DNA of 64,000 nucleotides from Malacoraja senta (GCA_038087875.1 CM075985.1:24862001-24926000); one strand, 5' to 3'; numbered from the stretch's first letter, positions 1-13,975 are shown. Made by a program: numbers and translations. The notes: generated from the sequence alone by a model not told the origin.

Positions 1-667
1 CTTAAGAATTAGTCAATCCTACCACCCCAAAAATTAATTTAGCAGCATGTTGCTTCCTAAACCAATCAATATTTTCTTCAACTCCCAAAAGACACATTTA
101 CCACACAATAAATAATATAATAAATTCTCAGAAAAAAAGAAAACCAAGCCTCCTTAATTTAGAATAGCCTCCATTGCATTTTTGAGGCAACAGCAAGTTC
201 GTAATGCCTTATAACACTGTGAATTCTGGTTAATTAGTCCTTGAATCCAGGTTAAGGCAGCAAGATAGTTCTGGTCCTGAACAAGAGTTGTTACCTGCTG
301 TGTATGGCCAGAGTGTTGCCAATCTGACAAATATCCTGAACTTAAGTTATGATTTTTAAAATAAATGCCCAAATCATGCAGCACATTTCAGAAGTGGAAG
401 CATCTATTTTTGTATTCAGATCATACCTAAATCACCCTTTCACAATCCATGCCTGGTATTAAGTAAAAACACATCTTTCCTGGTGAATTCCTCACTGCAT
501 CCTAACTCCAGTCCTCCTCCTCCTCCTGCTGGGCTGACCTTGTGTGGCCCTCTCACATCCATGTGCTCCATACAGATTCAATGCCTACTCTCTCCGGCTG
601 GCTACTCGCCCAGGCATAGTGGCTACAAGGCTTAGAATTTGACAAGAAGTAGAAGCTACAACATTTC

Positions 668-858
668 ATAGAAACATAGAACATAGAATCATAGAAAATA
701 GGTCCAGGAGTAGGCCATTTGGCCCTTCAAGCCAGCACCAACATCCAATATGATTAAGGCTGATCATCCAAAATCAGCCCCCCTGTTCCTGCTTTCTCCC
801 CATATCCCTAGATTCTGTTATCCCTAAAAGCTTTCTCTAACTCTCTCTTGAATACATC
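668..858 (-). mobile_element. CR1 LINE 3' end fragment
   Basis: catagaaa tail repeats; homologous to 9196-9370. Confidence 0.7.
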
Positions 859-1170
859 AATAATGTAGGTGCTTTCAACGTGCTTTCAAAGCTGAGGGAA
901 GCTCAGAGGATGCAGCTTAAAAAACACACATGAAAATGAAAACAAAGTAGACCTGAAAACTACTTGCAAATGCATACACAAGTTTCAGGTTGAGAACAAA
1001 ACAGATTGGAATAGCATGTATTACAGGAGTGAAGGGGAGGGGGATCTGTATTTTACTATAAATTTTGTCACTGTATACTTTTAAAATATTAAACTATTTT
1101 TTTTAGGGTTATCTGTATTTGCACATCATTATGAACATGTTAAGAACTCATTGCGACTTCTTATCTTTAG

Positions 1171-1359
1171 GAGGTAGAATTCCTTCTAACTGATGGAAGA
1201 GTGGTAAGGACTGGTAAATCTCGTCAAACCCAGTGCCGAGATAATTCTTATTCATTTCACACGGTCGGACTTTATTTAATCCTCTCATTTTCAAATGGGA
1301 TTGTTGTGATATGGGATAGACACACAAAGTTTTCGATAACATTGGACCCAAGATGGAAA
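1171..1359 (+). CDS. Mucin exon, VWD3 (EVEFLLTDG...YSFHTVGLYLILSFSNGIVVIWDRHTKFSITLDPRWK)
   Basis: tttag|GAG ... AAA|gtaagt; 189 nt, phase 0-0; joins in frame to NKVCGLCG; not in the ORF track. Confidence 0.9.
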
Positions 1360-2208
1360 GTAAGTACTGTTTAGAGATTAGATATTAATGCTTGCATTTT
1401 TTAATGTGGTTAACAATAAATAAATATATCAAGAACTTAATCTCTTGCAGAAATAAATATACATTGCATGCTGCAATAGGTTTCATTCCAGCATTCAGCA
1501 TATTATTTACAATAATCTTAAGTAAATATGTACCATATAAATATATATCAGCATATCTTAATTAAGCATGTTCTCTGTATTATTGTACACTGTTGAAAAT
1601 TGCAGCGAAAATGCGTTTGACTCCATCATAGAAAAACAAAATTAAAAATATAGTTGCTGGAATGATGCTGATGAATGACTATTAGGTGAAATGTTCACTG
1701 TTTTGTCCTCCTCGAATGCTGCCTGACCTGCCGAGTATTTAGTGCATTTTTTATTTTTATTTTCAACTTTCTTGTCGGGCCAGCAGATTTTAAACTTCAA
1801 TGCCGATTTAATACAAAAAGTATTCTGGTAAATTGTTGTATTTTACTTTTGTTTAAAAGCCAAAGCTACAGAATTTAAGAAGCTAAGAAATAGAATTGGT
1901 TGGAGTATAAGAGGTTGTTTGCCAAGAGGCCAAGGAGTTGGGAAATGTGAAACTGTGTTGATTCAAGACCATCATAGCTGGGATAGGAATTTATTATAAG
2001 AAGATATGACAACATGAAATTATATTTTTTTACTCAACTGTTTAGGGCACTAAAATTCCACATCCCTAAGTTGGTCATTGGTGGAGAGTCCAGTCTCTAT
2101 CATTTGCGTTTAATTTTTGGTTTTGTCTCGGATTTACAACTGCAGATTGGGAATAGCCCAATGGAATTTCTCAGTCAAAACATTGTAATAATGTATTTTC
2201 ACTTACAG

Positions 2209-2448
2209 AACAAAGTATGTGGACTGTGTGGAAATTTCAATGACGATGTTGCAGATGATCTAAAAACAAAAGGAAATTCTTTGGTGACCAATACTGTAAA
2301 ATTTGGAAACACCTGGAAATCTTCATTGTCTTGTTCAGATATATTGAATCAAACATTTCCTTGCGATAGAAACCCATACTGTTTAGCATGGGCTCAGAGG
2401 AGATGCAACATAATGAAGGATGTTGTGTTTCAAAATTGCCATAAAAAG
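2209..2448 (+). CDS. Mucin exon, end of VWD3 with CGLCG (NKVCGLCGNFNDD...FQNCHKK)
   Basis: ttacag|AAC ... AAG|gtaagg; lies in ORF 2014..2457. Confidence 0.95.
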
Positions 2449-2541
2449 GTAAGGTAGTTTATTTTGAACAAAATAAATTAAATCAAAGTTGATCTGTATG
2501 CAAAACCTTCTTTCTAACATTATGATCATGCGCTGTATCAG

Positions 2542-2698
2542 GTAGACCCAGTCCCATATTATGATGCTTGTGTTGAAGAAGCTTGTGCCTGTGACATGGA
2601 AGGGAAATATCTGGGCTTCTGCACTGCTGTAGCTGTGTATGCAGAAGCTTGTAATAAAGCTGGAGTTTGTATTAATTGGAGAACACCGGACTTGTGTC
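2542..2698 (+). CDS. Mucin exon, C8-3 domain ([52 protein letters not shown])
   Basis: atcag|GTA ... C|gtaagt; typical C8 cysteine pattern and WRxxxLC. Confidence 0.93.
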
Positions 2699-4570
2699 GT
2701 AAGTATTAAGTTGTAGATATTATTAAACTTATTTGATCAATGCAAGCAATTCTCAAAGAAATTATGTTCTTGAATTTCTTTGAGAATGGTTAATAATGTG
2801 AAGAATAACAAAGATAATTTATTATGTATTATACATCATTTTACTTCAGTGACAGGCTCCCTTCTTTCCTATCATTGTTGTAGCTGGCCCTTTCTCCCCA
2901 AAAACGTGGTGCTAGGTGGATACTTTAGTATGTAAGTGGGAGTCTGAAGGGAAAATAAATACTCCTCCAGTTACCGCAAAAACACGGATCTCTGCTCCAC
3001 TGGGTTCCCCTGGGTACATCAGATAATGTAAACAATGCCTTTAGCTTTGTAGTTAGCAGATGCGAAGGAGCAGCATTACACTTGCATTTGCCCTGGGACA
3101 TTGCTCTGTGACTTGATAACATTACAGCTGTTCAAATGTACTCTGGGATCTGACTGAACAGGTGCAGGGGCATCGTGAGTCTTTAAGCAATCAGACTCAA
3201 ATCAGACTGAATTGCCTGAAGAAGGGTTTTGATCCGAAACGCCACCTATTCCTTTTATCCAGAGATGTTGCCTGATCCGTTGAGTTACTCCAGCATTTTG
3301 TTTCTGTCTTTAAAGAATGGCCACACATGAGCCTAAACTGAAAAGTAGAGGATAAAACAATGTAAAATCCTGGACAGATATCATAGACAAATGACGGAAC
3401 TATGAAATAAAAGAGTATGAACAAAAAGTTTAAAAGTTAGAGTAAATTTTAAATCTCCAACTGAAATTAAAACCTGGTGGAGTTGGATTCAAATAAAAGC
3501 TCATTTCCTGTACCCAACTTTCACTGCACAAGTGCAATTCCTGTTGACTTTGGTGACTATCGAATGGAAAACAACAACCATACCCTTAAGAAGATAAATA
3601 GTAAATGTTTCAGGTTAAAGACCTTTCGGCAAAACTGTTAAGGACACAATAGAAGCTTGTTTAGCTGCAGGGAGCATGGAGGAGGGGAGATGTCTATGAC
3701 TGTGTAAAACCAGGCTGACCATGGCAATAAACTATAAACAAGGTTACATGGAGATATGAGACTGTAGATACTGTAATCTTGAGCATAATACAAAGTACTG
3801 GAAGAACTCAGGGAATGGACAGATGACGTTTCGAGTTTGGACCCTTCCTTCTCTGAAGAAGGGGACCGATCCGAAATGCGGTCTGTCCATTCCTTCCACA
3901 AATGCTACTTGACTCGTTGAGTTCCACCAGCACTTTGTGTTTCATTGTGGACTAGGTTAACTGGTCAATGTGTAAATGGGAGCCGTTAGAGAGTGAAAAC
4001 AGACAAAAGAATGTGGGGGTGTGAAATGCGGATTCGTGAGACAAGCCCAGCGGGTCAAATTCCACATTCCACCACTCCCAGAGATTAAAAGGGCAGTAAA
4101 AAAACACCTGGAGCTAATGTCACAGATGGGTGACTAACATGGACAGAGAAATCACGTTACTTGCAGTTATAAAGTTCAATATTGAGTCCAGGAGCTGCAA
4201 TGGGCCCAGACATAAAATGAGGTACTGTTCCATAAGATTACATTGGACCTCATAACAATGTAGGAGGCAACAAACCAATAAAAAGTCTCCTCTACACTTG
4301 GGTCACCTTAATTCTCCATCCGAATCCCACTCTGACCTATGGATAGACGTGAATGTTGTTCATTGCTATCTGATTCGTTTTTAATAACAACAAGCTGTTA
4401 TTAATGCTCCTACCATTATTCTTGTTATGAAGTTCAGCTAATGAAGCATTTGTCTGATCATTAGTAACAGGAAAGGAATACCGCCAATCATGTGTAACAA
4501 ATCAGAGATTTATAAAACTGGAAACAAATTGCAGGTCATAATGGAGAACTATTTCTGTTTTACATTTCAG

Positions 4571-4696
4571 CTGTGTACTGTGACTATTATAACACTCCCG
4601 GTGAGTGCAGCTGGCACTATCAGCCTTGTGGAACAATAAAAACGCGAACATGCTCCGACCATCACATCGGGAAAAAATATTCTGCAGTTCTTGAAG
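4571..4696 (+). CDS. Mucin exon, TIL3 ([21 protein letters not shown]...AVLEG)
   Basis: tttcag|CT ... G|gttgtg; CDYYN..C.WHY.PCG is a D3 hallmark. Confidence 0.92.
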
Positions 4697-4988
4697 GTTG
4701 TGCTTGAAAACCTCACGTATTTTGATTCTTATTCACCCTGTGTATTATAAGATTGTTTTTGTAAATGGTAATATTCCTGACTAAGTATTTATATAGTTTT
4801 TTTACAAATGTTCTGTATACACAATGGCATTTTTATTTAATTGAATGGTGGGTATTTGTGATCCTTTAATAATTCAAGTTTTAAAACAAGTTTGGAACAA
4901 TATGAACCTGTTGAAGTGTTTATTAATCTAAGTCACTAAACCATGTTATCAATGCCCTGTCCTCATTATCACTTTCTATTTACTTCAG

Positions 4989-5130
4989 GTTGTTATGCAA
5001 GATGCCCTGAGAATACTCCGTATCTGGACGAAAATAAAATGAAATGTGTTAATCTACCTGATTGTACTTGTTATTATAATGGGAAAATATTGCTGCCAGG
5101 CAATAGAACCATGAATGATTGTGAAGAATG
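4989..5130 (+). CDS. Mucin exon, TIL3/E3 (GCYARCPENTPYLDENKMKCV...CTCYYNG)
   Basis: ttcag|GT ... TG|gtatct; lies in ORF 4943..5140. Confidence 0.92.
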
Positions 5131-5780
5131 GTATCTATAAATGCACCTTCCATTTTTAGTTCATATTAGCCATGAATTTTAAATATTTTCTTTTCTTTAA
5201 CAAAAATATTCACTTATGTGTAGCTATTTCATAATATTGTGTACATGTACAGTTATTGTCACTATAAAACTATTTTGGAAGATTGGACAGGCAGCATCTC
5301 TGCAGAGAAGGAATGGGTGACATTTCGGGTCGAGACCCTTCTTCAGACTGAGAGACAGAGAGATATGGAAGGGCAAGGTGTGAATACGAGACATCAAATA
5401 GGACGATGCTCAATGAAAATGTAGAATGAATCATTGTTAGCTGAGGGGAAGGTGACAATGAGGCATACAATCAGTAACATGTTTTTATTCCTTTCCTGTA
5501 AGAATAATGAGAGAAGTGAATTTTATGAGGCCACAGACCTCTTATGTTTTTGGTAACTCAATGAAATGGTTGGCACTGTCTGCCATTTCGAAAGGATGTT
5601 AAATGGTGATGGGAATATTGCAGGATTGACTTGGGAAAGTTTGTTGGTGGATGCATTTGTGAGGTTGCAGATGAGGTACATTTCTGCACATATAGCTTCC
5701 ATCTAAAGCTAATACGAAATGGAAGGTGATTATCTATTTTGTTTGAACTATCTCATTTATTTCTAGAGGTTAGAGACTTA

Positions 5781-6005
5781 AGGGCCTGTCCCACTGTACG
5801 AGGTAATTCAAGAGTTCTCCCGGGTTCTCCCCTGATTCGAGCTCGTGTAATGTATGTAGCGGGTACGTAGGAGCTTGTGGGGGGTGGGAGATTGCAACCT
5901 TCACGTGGTCCGCCCTGTTTCGACTAATGCAATCATTACACGAGCTCGAATCAGGGGAGAACTTGGGAGAACTCTTGAATTACCTCGTACAGTGGGACAG
6001 GCCCT
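5781..6005. mobile_element. PIF/Harbinger-like MITE
   Basis: TIR AGGGCCTGTCCCACT; ~70 bp inverted arms; TTA duplication. Confidence 0.85.
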
Positions 6006-6176
6006 TTAATTATTTCATGAAATTTCTAATGCAGCTGTATTAAAGTTAGCTTTCATGACAACAGATATTGCCAAGAAAGTAGCAAGCTGTCTAACCAAAA
6101 TAATTAATGTGTTAAAATAGCAAAAACCATATTAACCTAATCTCTCATTAACCTAAATTATTTAAATCTTTTGCAG

Positions 6177-6208
6177 TGTGTGCAAGAATGGGAAAGTGAT
6201 ATGCAGAG
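6177..6208 (+). CDS. Mucin micro-exon, end of E3 (CVCKNGKVICR)
   Basis: ttgcag|T ... G|gtgtgt; phase 2-1 fits both neighbours. Confidence 0.8.
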
Positions 6209-6584
6209 GTGTGTATTATTTTTTACTGTTTTATACCTGTCCTATCCATATACCTTTTTACCTATTTTAACTGGCCCAGAAACAAACAATATGAAAACCT
6301 CGAATCATTCTCGTTGAAATGATTAGAGTCACACCACCTATTTCACACCAGCTCATCCCTGCTTTGCTTTGCTGAGAGGAACTCAAAGACAGGATCCCAA
6401 TGATGCTTTATGAAGTGTTATGGGGACGTGCATCCAAAAGACCATGATTTTTTTACTTTTACATTTAAGATTTTTCAGTTGCCAATTAAGCTTAAAAACT
6501 GAAAATAATCTTCAAAATGCTATTAATTTTATATCATAATCATTGAAAGCTGTGTTATGACCTCTTTATCTTTTTCTTCACCAG

Positions 6585-6653
6585 CATTAGCTACAACCAC
6601 AGAAGTCATTAATTCAACATTAAGTACAACAACAGTTGCAGCAACCACCACAG
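6585..6653 (+). CDS. Thr-rich mini-exon (ALATTTEVINSTLSTTTVAATTT)
   Basis: Pyrimidine tract-cag ... G|gtaatg; 69 nt, phase 1-1; alternative in-frame acceptor at 6590. Confidence 0.78.
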
Positions 6654-9195
6654 GTAATGGTTTCCTCTTGTGCCTATTTAAAAAGATATGCAAAATATTT
6701 CAATGGGCTAGTCTCATATTTTACGATACTATGCTATCTTGCATCGAAGTATTCATACTGGCGACTTATATTGGATTTAAAAATATAATTTTTGAGTTTT
6801 TTCACCAATAGTGAAAGATTTATCCATTGTGTTTGCTTGTGTCTGCTGTTTGGAAATCATGTTGAGAAGATGTGGAGTAAACTTCTTTTATGACTTTTTT
6901 GTATAATAAAATTGGACTCGTGTAGATGTTTTGGAATAAGCTTTAATACATTCCTTGAATGAATAATTCTCAACATACAATTGAATATACAGCGTCATTG
7001 CTACAAGTGCAGGAGCAACTTGGAGCTAGTAGCTGAGCTATTATGGAATTAACTACTTAGAATTCAAAGATAATTAGACAGCTTCAAACATGAAAAGAAA
7101 CATGAATGATGTTACAAACTAATAAGGAAACACTTTAATTACAGCACAGAGCAGTCTCTGGGAGGAGCTGCACAATTGGGGATACTATCTTGCAGTAGAG
7201 ATTCTAAACCAACTCTCTCAGGGGGATGTAAAGGAGTCCAGATGCTTTGTTAAATGGGTGCAGGCTATATCGTATATGAAGTAAATTACAGTTTTAGTAT
7301 ATGAGGTAATATTGATTCTTAAACATTTTACTTTCTATGGAAACTTGGTGTGTGTCAATTGGCTTTTCATTTTTCTGCATTCATATAATGATCAGACTTA
7401 AAAAGTGTCTTATAGGATTAAAAAATGCTTTGCCATATTGTAAAAGATGCTAAACAAATGTAATGTTCAAAATTAGATAGCTAAAGAAAAGTGTTTTTTG
7501 AAAAGTGCTGGAAGAACTCAGCGGGTCGGGGAGCATCTTGTTAGCCAACTTCTATGGGGTAAACGTAAGGAATTCAACAACTTATGTCTCATGGACTAGG
7601 GAAGAAAAGCTGGGCGGAAAATTCAGTTTTTCAAGATTCAAGATTCAAGAGAGTTTATTGTCATGTGTCCCAGATAGGACAATGAAATTCTTACTTTGCT
7701 TCAGCACAATGGAATATAGTAGGCATGTATACAGAACAGATCAGTGTGTCAATATGCCATTATATAAATATATACATGAATAAATAAGCAGATAAAGTGC
7801 AAATAAACAAATAATGGTCTATTGATCTTAATTTGACAAATCCAATTACAAATAGCTGTCTGACTTCAGGATATTGCATGCAATGAGTCTCACTACTGAA
7901 GCTTACAAAATGTTCACAATTAATTTATTTGTATTGTCCACAATTTTAGTTTAGAGATAGTTTAATTTCAGAATGAATATGCTGGTACCTGTTCATTGGA
8001 GAAACTGTTTATGTTCAAAAGTGATTGGAGCAGAATTAGACCATTCAGCCCATCAAGTCTACCCTGTCATGGCTGATCTATCCCTCTCTCCTAACCCCAT
8101 TCTTCTGCCTTCTCCCCAGAACTTTAATTGCAAAGTGATCGCTATTGACTTATGCTAAAGTCTTATTAAAGTGAATGACTCGGAGCCAATATTCACTGAT
8201 CCATCCATACATTTGGATAAACTGCAGGGAATTTTTTCCCCCAAATTAAATGCATTGAGGGGATCAAGATCTCCTTGGAGTAATTTTGGTCTACTGTTTA
8301 TTGTGACAAAATCAAATTCCTTAATTAATTAACTGAGAATAATTTCATTCTCCATTGTTTAAACTCTGAAATTATGATCTGGTATGCAATAGTTTATTCT
8401 GCATTTTGTTATTCAGCTGAATGGTGATTGAAAATGAATAATCATAAACATTGGAACATCGTGAAGGAAATGTTTAAAGGTTGAGAATAGATCGTTGGTT
8501 ACTGACTATTCTCTCCGGTAAAGAGAGCTATTCTTGAGGCCCGCATCAGATCTGTTCTGAGAGTCCACAATTGGGGGTTTCTTTCTTCACCTCGGCCATT
8601 GATGTGGAGGGGGTGGGGTCGGGTACACCAAGATCCTGGTCATCTGCAACCCTTGTCCAGTCTCATGATTGGGCAGGACTACTTTGTACACAAAGCAAAA
8701 GGAATTGCCAATTTAAGGGAGGAGGTGGGGGTGGTGATTGTCAGACGAAGAAAATCAATTGTTTAGATTTTGCTTGTCTGGTAATCACCACACACCACCC
8801 CCCTCGCTGGTATCCCCCCTTGCGAAGCTTTGCCCTATGACCTCTCCTCTCCAGCTTTCTCCCTCCTACTTCATCAGTCCGAAGAAGGGTCCCAATCTAA
8901 AATAACAACTGTTCATTCCCTCCACAAATGCTGCTTGACCGACTAGGTTCATCTGGCACTTTGTGTTTAGCTGATTGACTTACTCCTTTCTGAATAGGAG
9001 TAGAGCAATTGAAAGATTAAAAATTTATGCCCAAGAATGTTTAATGCTACAGCCAACATGTTCTTTCACACCTCCCTGCGTTTGGTCCATATCTCTCTAA
9101 ACCTGTCCTATTCATGTGCCTGTCTAAATGTTTCTTATGGAAGGGTTAAGGTGTGAAAACAACAGATGTAGAGATATGGAAGAGGAAGGTGTGAA

Positions 9196-10546
9196 ACATA
9201 GAAATATAGGAAAATAGGTGCAGTAATAGGCCATTTGGCCATTTGAGCCAGCACCGCCATTCAATATGATCATGGCTGATCATTTAAAATCAGTACCCCG
9301 TTCCTGCTTTTTAACCATATCTCTTGATTCCTTTAGCCCTAAGAGCTAAGTCTAACTCTCTCCTGAAATCATCCAGTGAATTGACCTCCACTGCCTTCTG
9401 TGGCAGAGAATTCCACAGATTCACAACTCTGGGTGAAGAAGTTTTTCCTCATCTCAGTCCTAAATGGCCAACCCCTTAATCTTAAACTTTGACCCCTGGT
9501 TCTGGACTCCCCCAACATCGGGAACATTTTTCCTGCATCTAGCCTGTACAATCCTTTAAGAATTGTATATGTTTCTATAAGATCCCCTCTCATCATTCTC
9601 AATTCCAGTGAATTCAGGCCCAGACGACCCATTCTTTCATCATATGTCAGTCCAGCCATCCCGGGAATAACCAGGTGAACCTACGCTGCACTCCCTCAAT
9701 AGCAATAATATCCTTACTCAAATTAGGAGACCAAAATTGCACACAATACTCCAGGTGCGGTCTCACCAGGGCCCTGTACAACTGCAGTAGGACTTCTTTG
9801 CTCCTAAACTCAAATCCTCTCACAATGAAGGCCACAATTAGCTTTCTTCACTGCCTGCTGAACATGCATGCTTACTTTCAGTGACTGATGTACAAGCACA
9901 CCCAGGTCTCATTGCACCTCCCCTTTTCCTTATCTGACACCATTCAGATCATAATCTGCCTTCCTGTTCTTACCACCAAAGTGGATAACCTCACATTTAT
10001 CCTCAAGGGATATGGTTAAAAAGCAGGAACGGGGTACTGATTTTAAATCATCAGCCATGCATCTGCCCACTCACCCAATCTATCCAAATCACCCCGCAGC
10101 CTCATAGCATCCTCATCACAGCTCACACTGCCACCCAGCTTTGAGTCATCCGCAAATTGGAGATGTCACATTTAATTCCCTCGTCTAAATCGTGAATATA
10201 TATTGTAAATAACTGGGGTCCCAGCACCGAGCCTTGCTGCACCCCACTAGTCACTGTCTGCCATTCTGAAAAGGACCCGTTAATTCCTACTCTTTCATTC
10301 CTGTTTGCCAACCAGTTCTCTATCCATTTCAATACCCTACCACCAGTCATATGTGCTCTAATTTTGCACACTAATCTCTTGTGTGGGACCTTGTCAAAGG
10401 CTTTTTTGAAAGTCCAGATACACCACATCCACTGGCTCTCCCTTATCTATTCTACTTGTTACATCCTCAAAAAATTCCAGAAGATTAGTCAAGCATTATT
10501 TCCCCTTCATAAATGCTGACTTTGACTGATCCTGTCATTGCTTTCC
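9196..10546 (-). mobile_element. 5'-truncated CR1 LINE (RT C-terminus and 3' UTR)
   Basis: ORFs with [38 protein letters not shown] and RGDLIETY. Confidence 0.92.
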
Positions 10547-12103
10547 TGATGTAGAGATATGGAAGGGTTAGGTGTGAAAACAATAGATGTCTCTAGAAGT
10601 ACATTATCTCATGATCTGCATTATCACCTGACAAGTGACAAATCCATGTTTTGTGGGCCCGGGAGGCATAACTCTGGGAGAATTGTGGGGAATGTTGTCT
10701 GAATAATGTTGGACCCGCTATTTATTCAATATTGATCTTTCAAATGAAAAGAGTTTCCTCTTCCACATTGACACTAATAATCCCAGCAATGCCACCAAAG
10801 CACATCAAATCTGAGTGACAATTCCAACAACTCCTATCGTTGAGGAATTGAGGACCTGAATGCAAGGCAGGCCTATGAAAGCAGTATCTTTCTCTGTGGC
10901 AAAATAATGTTATTATATAGACCGAGCCAGATTTCAATAGGTTATGGGTGATGCATTATGTTTTCTTGTCTGTAGGAAAATAAGAGATAAATTAAAACAG
11001 AAAATATTGTAAATACTCAGCAGGTTGGGTAACATTTGGAGAGAAAAAATTTGAATTGGTGTTTGAAATCAATGAGATGAGTTTTTTTCTGCTCTTAGAA
11101 ACGATAGCATCAATACCCCAACAACGAGCGACACACGGGGTAAATGGGCTGTCACTCAATTTCTAATCACCTTAGCATTTCCTCGCTGGCAGTACGTACA
11201 GTCAGTGACATGTGGTCAGCAGTCTTGGACCACTACTGTCTATGATTGGGAGGGCCGTGATGCAGGATTCTGAAATCTGAATTGTGGGGCTGCGGAGAAT
11301 CGAGCAGTTGGACAGAGAGGCGTACAGGAAGCAGTCACAGTGACCTCTTGTAGAAGGACATTAAAAGTCATGTCGCTTTGCCATCATGCCAGGTTTTGAA
11401 TCCTGGCAGTGACATCCACAGAAATCTGTTCCCATTGCCCAATTGATGAGCTGTTTGAGGGTCTTCTGGTCCCCCTGCAGGACCAACATCAGCAATTCTT
11501 TGTATCTATTAGTCAATAAGGATGTCCTGCCCCAAAACCTCCTGCCCATTTTACTGCACCCCAGCTGTTTTTGACAAACATCCTTACAGACTATAACCCC
11601 CCCCCCCCCCCCAAAGTAAAGAAAGTAAAATTATCTAAACCTCATAAAAACAGATACAATTAATTAAAAGTATTCAGGTTAAACAAAAAGTTTAAAACCT
11701 GTTTTCCCTTTTGTCCTACTACCGCCCATTGCAACCAATGTGTCGAAGTGAATTCTGTGTTTGGAAACCCTAACAAGATAGGGTATTAAAATACCTGCAG
11801 TAAATATTTAACTGACAGAATCTCTCATCAACCCTCGATACTTCATTGCAGTTCAGCCCTCGAAGGCTGAGAAAAATGACACTTGTATAGTACGTCAGGA
11901 ATGCTACCAGGTTCCTTTTTCAATGGACCTGAAATTTTTCAAATGGCATGGTTTGTTTATCTGTCAAAGGGATCTTTCCGTTGGAAGCCTTGCAAATATT
12001 TTTGTGAACAGCACACGCATTTCCACCAGACAATACTAGCAAATGCTTTTCTGATGGAAATGATACCCAGCATACCAGCAGTGATATATTTTGTGTTTTA
12101 TAG

Positions 12104-12184
12104 AAACAACAACAACAACAACAACAACAACTACAACAACAAAAGTACCGCCTACAACTTCATCAACCCGCAACTCCACATCTG
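12104..12184 (+). CDS. Thr-rich mini-exon (ETTT...KVPPTTSSTRNSTS)
   Basis: tttatag|AA ... G|gtaagt; 81 nt, phase 1-1. Confidence 0.8.
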
Positions 12185-12649
12185 GTAAGTCATTGACTGC
12201 TGTATCTTCTTGCACCAGGTTTGATTGCACAACTGAAAGTACAACTTCCACTGATCTTTCTCTTATTTGCCATTTTCTATTGATTTGCTATAGAATTAAT
12301 TGTCTCTGTGGACTTTCTGTTGTAAATTATGTACAACTTACAGAGGATTGTATTTCTGTGAATTTTGAGATAAGACAGTGCAAATTATGAATTGAACCCC
12401 AGTTTAAATATTATTTGGTGATGTACATGATTGGTCAAAATAGGCTCATGATTATGTGCTCCTATAAAGTGAAATTTGGAATGAGTATTCTTGCTGTCAT
12501 TCAAGAGAAGGCGAGAAGTCTTAGGGCTTTAGGAGTAGGTGATGCACACCTTCACAACTATAAACCATGCCAGTACTGAGGAATATCATCAATTGCGAAA
12601 ACAATTGTTTTGCAATTTTATTCTGTAATTTTGGTTATTGAACATTTGA

Positions 12650-12700
12650 TGCCAATTTGCCCATTTCCCTGAGTGGCCAATGTGAATAACCAGACAATGA
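12650..12700 (+). pseudogene. Decayed CysD exon remnant (CQFAHFPEWP...)
   Basis: Matches the middle of the array CysD exon; upstream intron 12300-12649 is homologous to the array intron; acceptor and 5' half are deleted. Confidence 0.65.
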
Positions 12701-13351
12701 GAGTGGAACTAAAGGAAGACCCATGCTCAGGATTGAGTTGAGATGAAGTTTGTCCCATTGGGCCAGTGTCAGAATGGGAAGTTGTGAAGAACGACTATTA
12801 TAATCCTGAGAACATGTTGAATCGCAAGATAATCTTTGGCCCATTTATCTATTCCAATACTAATCTCCATCTCTGTATTATCATACAATTTCAACCCTCT
12901 AGCTCTGCTAATATCCTCATCAATGCTGCATCTGGACTTGTATCCAGCATCTACAATTTCCAGTGCAACAAAATATCTCTTCTCAATGAACGCTGATGCA
13001 TCAAGGCCCAGCACAACATCCTGGAGACCATTCATCCCCACTGATTTCCAGGAAAGCCTTCACCTGCAGAATCCCAGAGTTTATGCACTTGAATCAGTGC
13101 AATTTTTCTTTAAATGAAATGAGCTTCACTCAGCATTGGATCTTGACTGATCCAGGAGCCATTACTCCATGCAGTTTACACAGAATTAAAGTAAAACTGA
13201 GAAAAACTAGCAACCAGCACAAACCTGGTCTGCTACCCGCAGTTATAATGGACCTGGACTGATTGACTGTGTGGCCCTCTCCCTGTACCTTTTGGTGGTG
13301 GAGGGAGGGGTATCAGTTTTAGCCTCAAGGTCTTTAAACCCAACACGGGTT

Positions 13352-13646
13352 GGGATGGCAGCATGGTGGTAGAGTTGCTGCCGTACAGCACCAGAGCCCC
13401 AGGTTGGATCCCGACTACGGGGGCTGTATTTATGAAATTTGTACATTCTCCTCGTGACCTGCGTGATTTTTCTCCGGTTTCCTCCCACACTCCAAAGACG
13501 TACAGGTTTGTAGCTTAATTAGCTTCAGTAAAAATTGTAAATTGTCCATAATGTGTGTAGGATAGTGTTAGTGTGCGGGAACTGTTGGCCGGCGCGGAAA
13601 CAATGAGCCAAAGGGCCTGTTTCCGCGCTGTATCTCTAAACTAAAC
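13352..13646 (+). mobile_element. tRNA-derived V-SINE-like element
   Basis: tRNA-like head; core tccggtttcctcccacactccaaagacgtac; ctaaa tail. Confidence 0.8.
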
Positions 13647-13693
13647 GGGTGTGCAGTGTAGTAACTGACTGCAATTCCTTCCTTGATTTATAG

Positions 13694-13753
13694 AAACAAC
13701 CACAACAAAGCAGATACTGATGACAACTATTTCACCCAGTACTCACATAACTG
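13694..13753 (+). pseudogene. Thr-rich mini-exon with non-canonical donor (ETTTTKQILMTTISPSTHIT)
   Basis: tatag|AAACAACC like its paralogs, but followed by ggaagtg instead of gtaagtg. Confidence 0.5.
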
Positions 13754-13975
13754 GGAAGTGAGCGCAGTTATACTTTACATCATGCCTGTTTAGACAAGCA
13801 TTAAATTATTCTATAATTTCTAAATTATTGAGTGAGTCATTCAGAGAGCAACAGGCTACAACTTTCACTGACCTGTCATACATTCTTGTCTAATTAAATG
13901 CTTTAGAACTGATATTGAACTGGGTTTTCGGTTGTAAATGCTGAACAACCTTTAGAGAATTGTTCCTAATATTGA

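Noticed and set aside
11597-11612. Poly-C run (and poly-G near 42403-42418) as a regulatory quadruplex
   Set aside because: Simple homopolymers in intronic or repeat context with no supporting evidence
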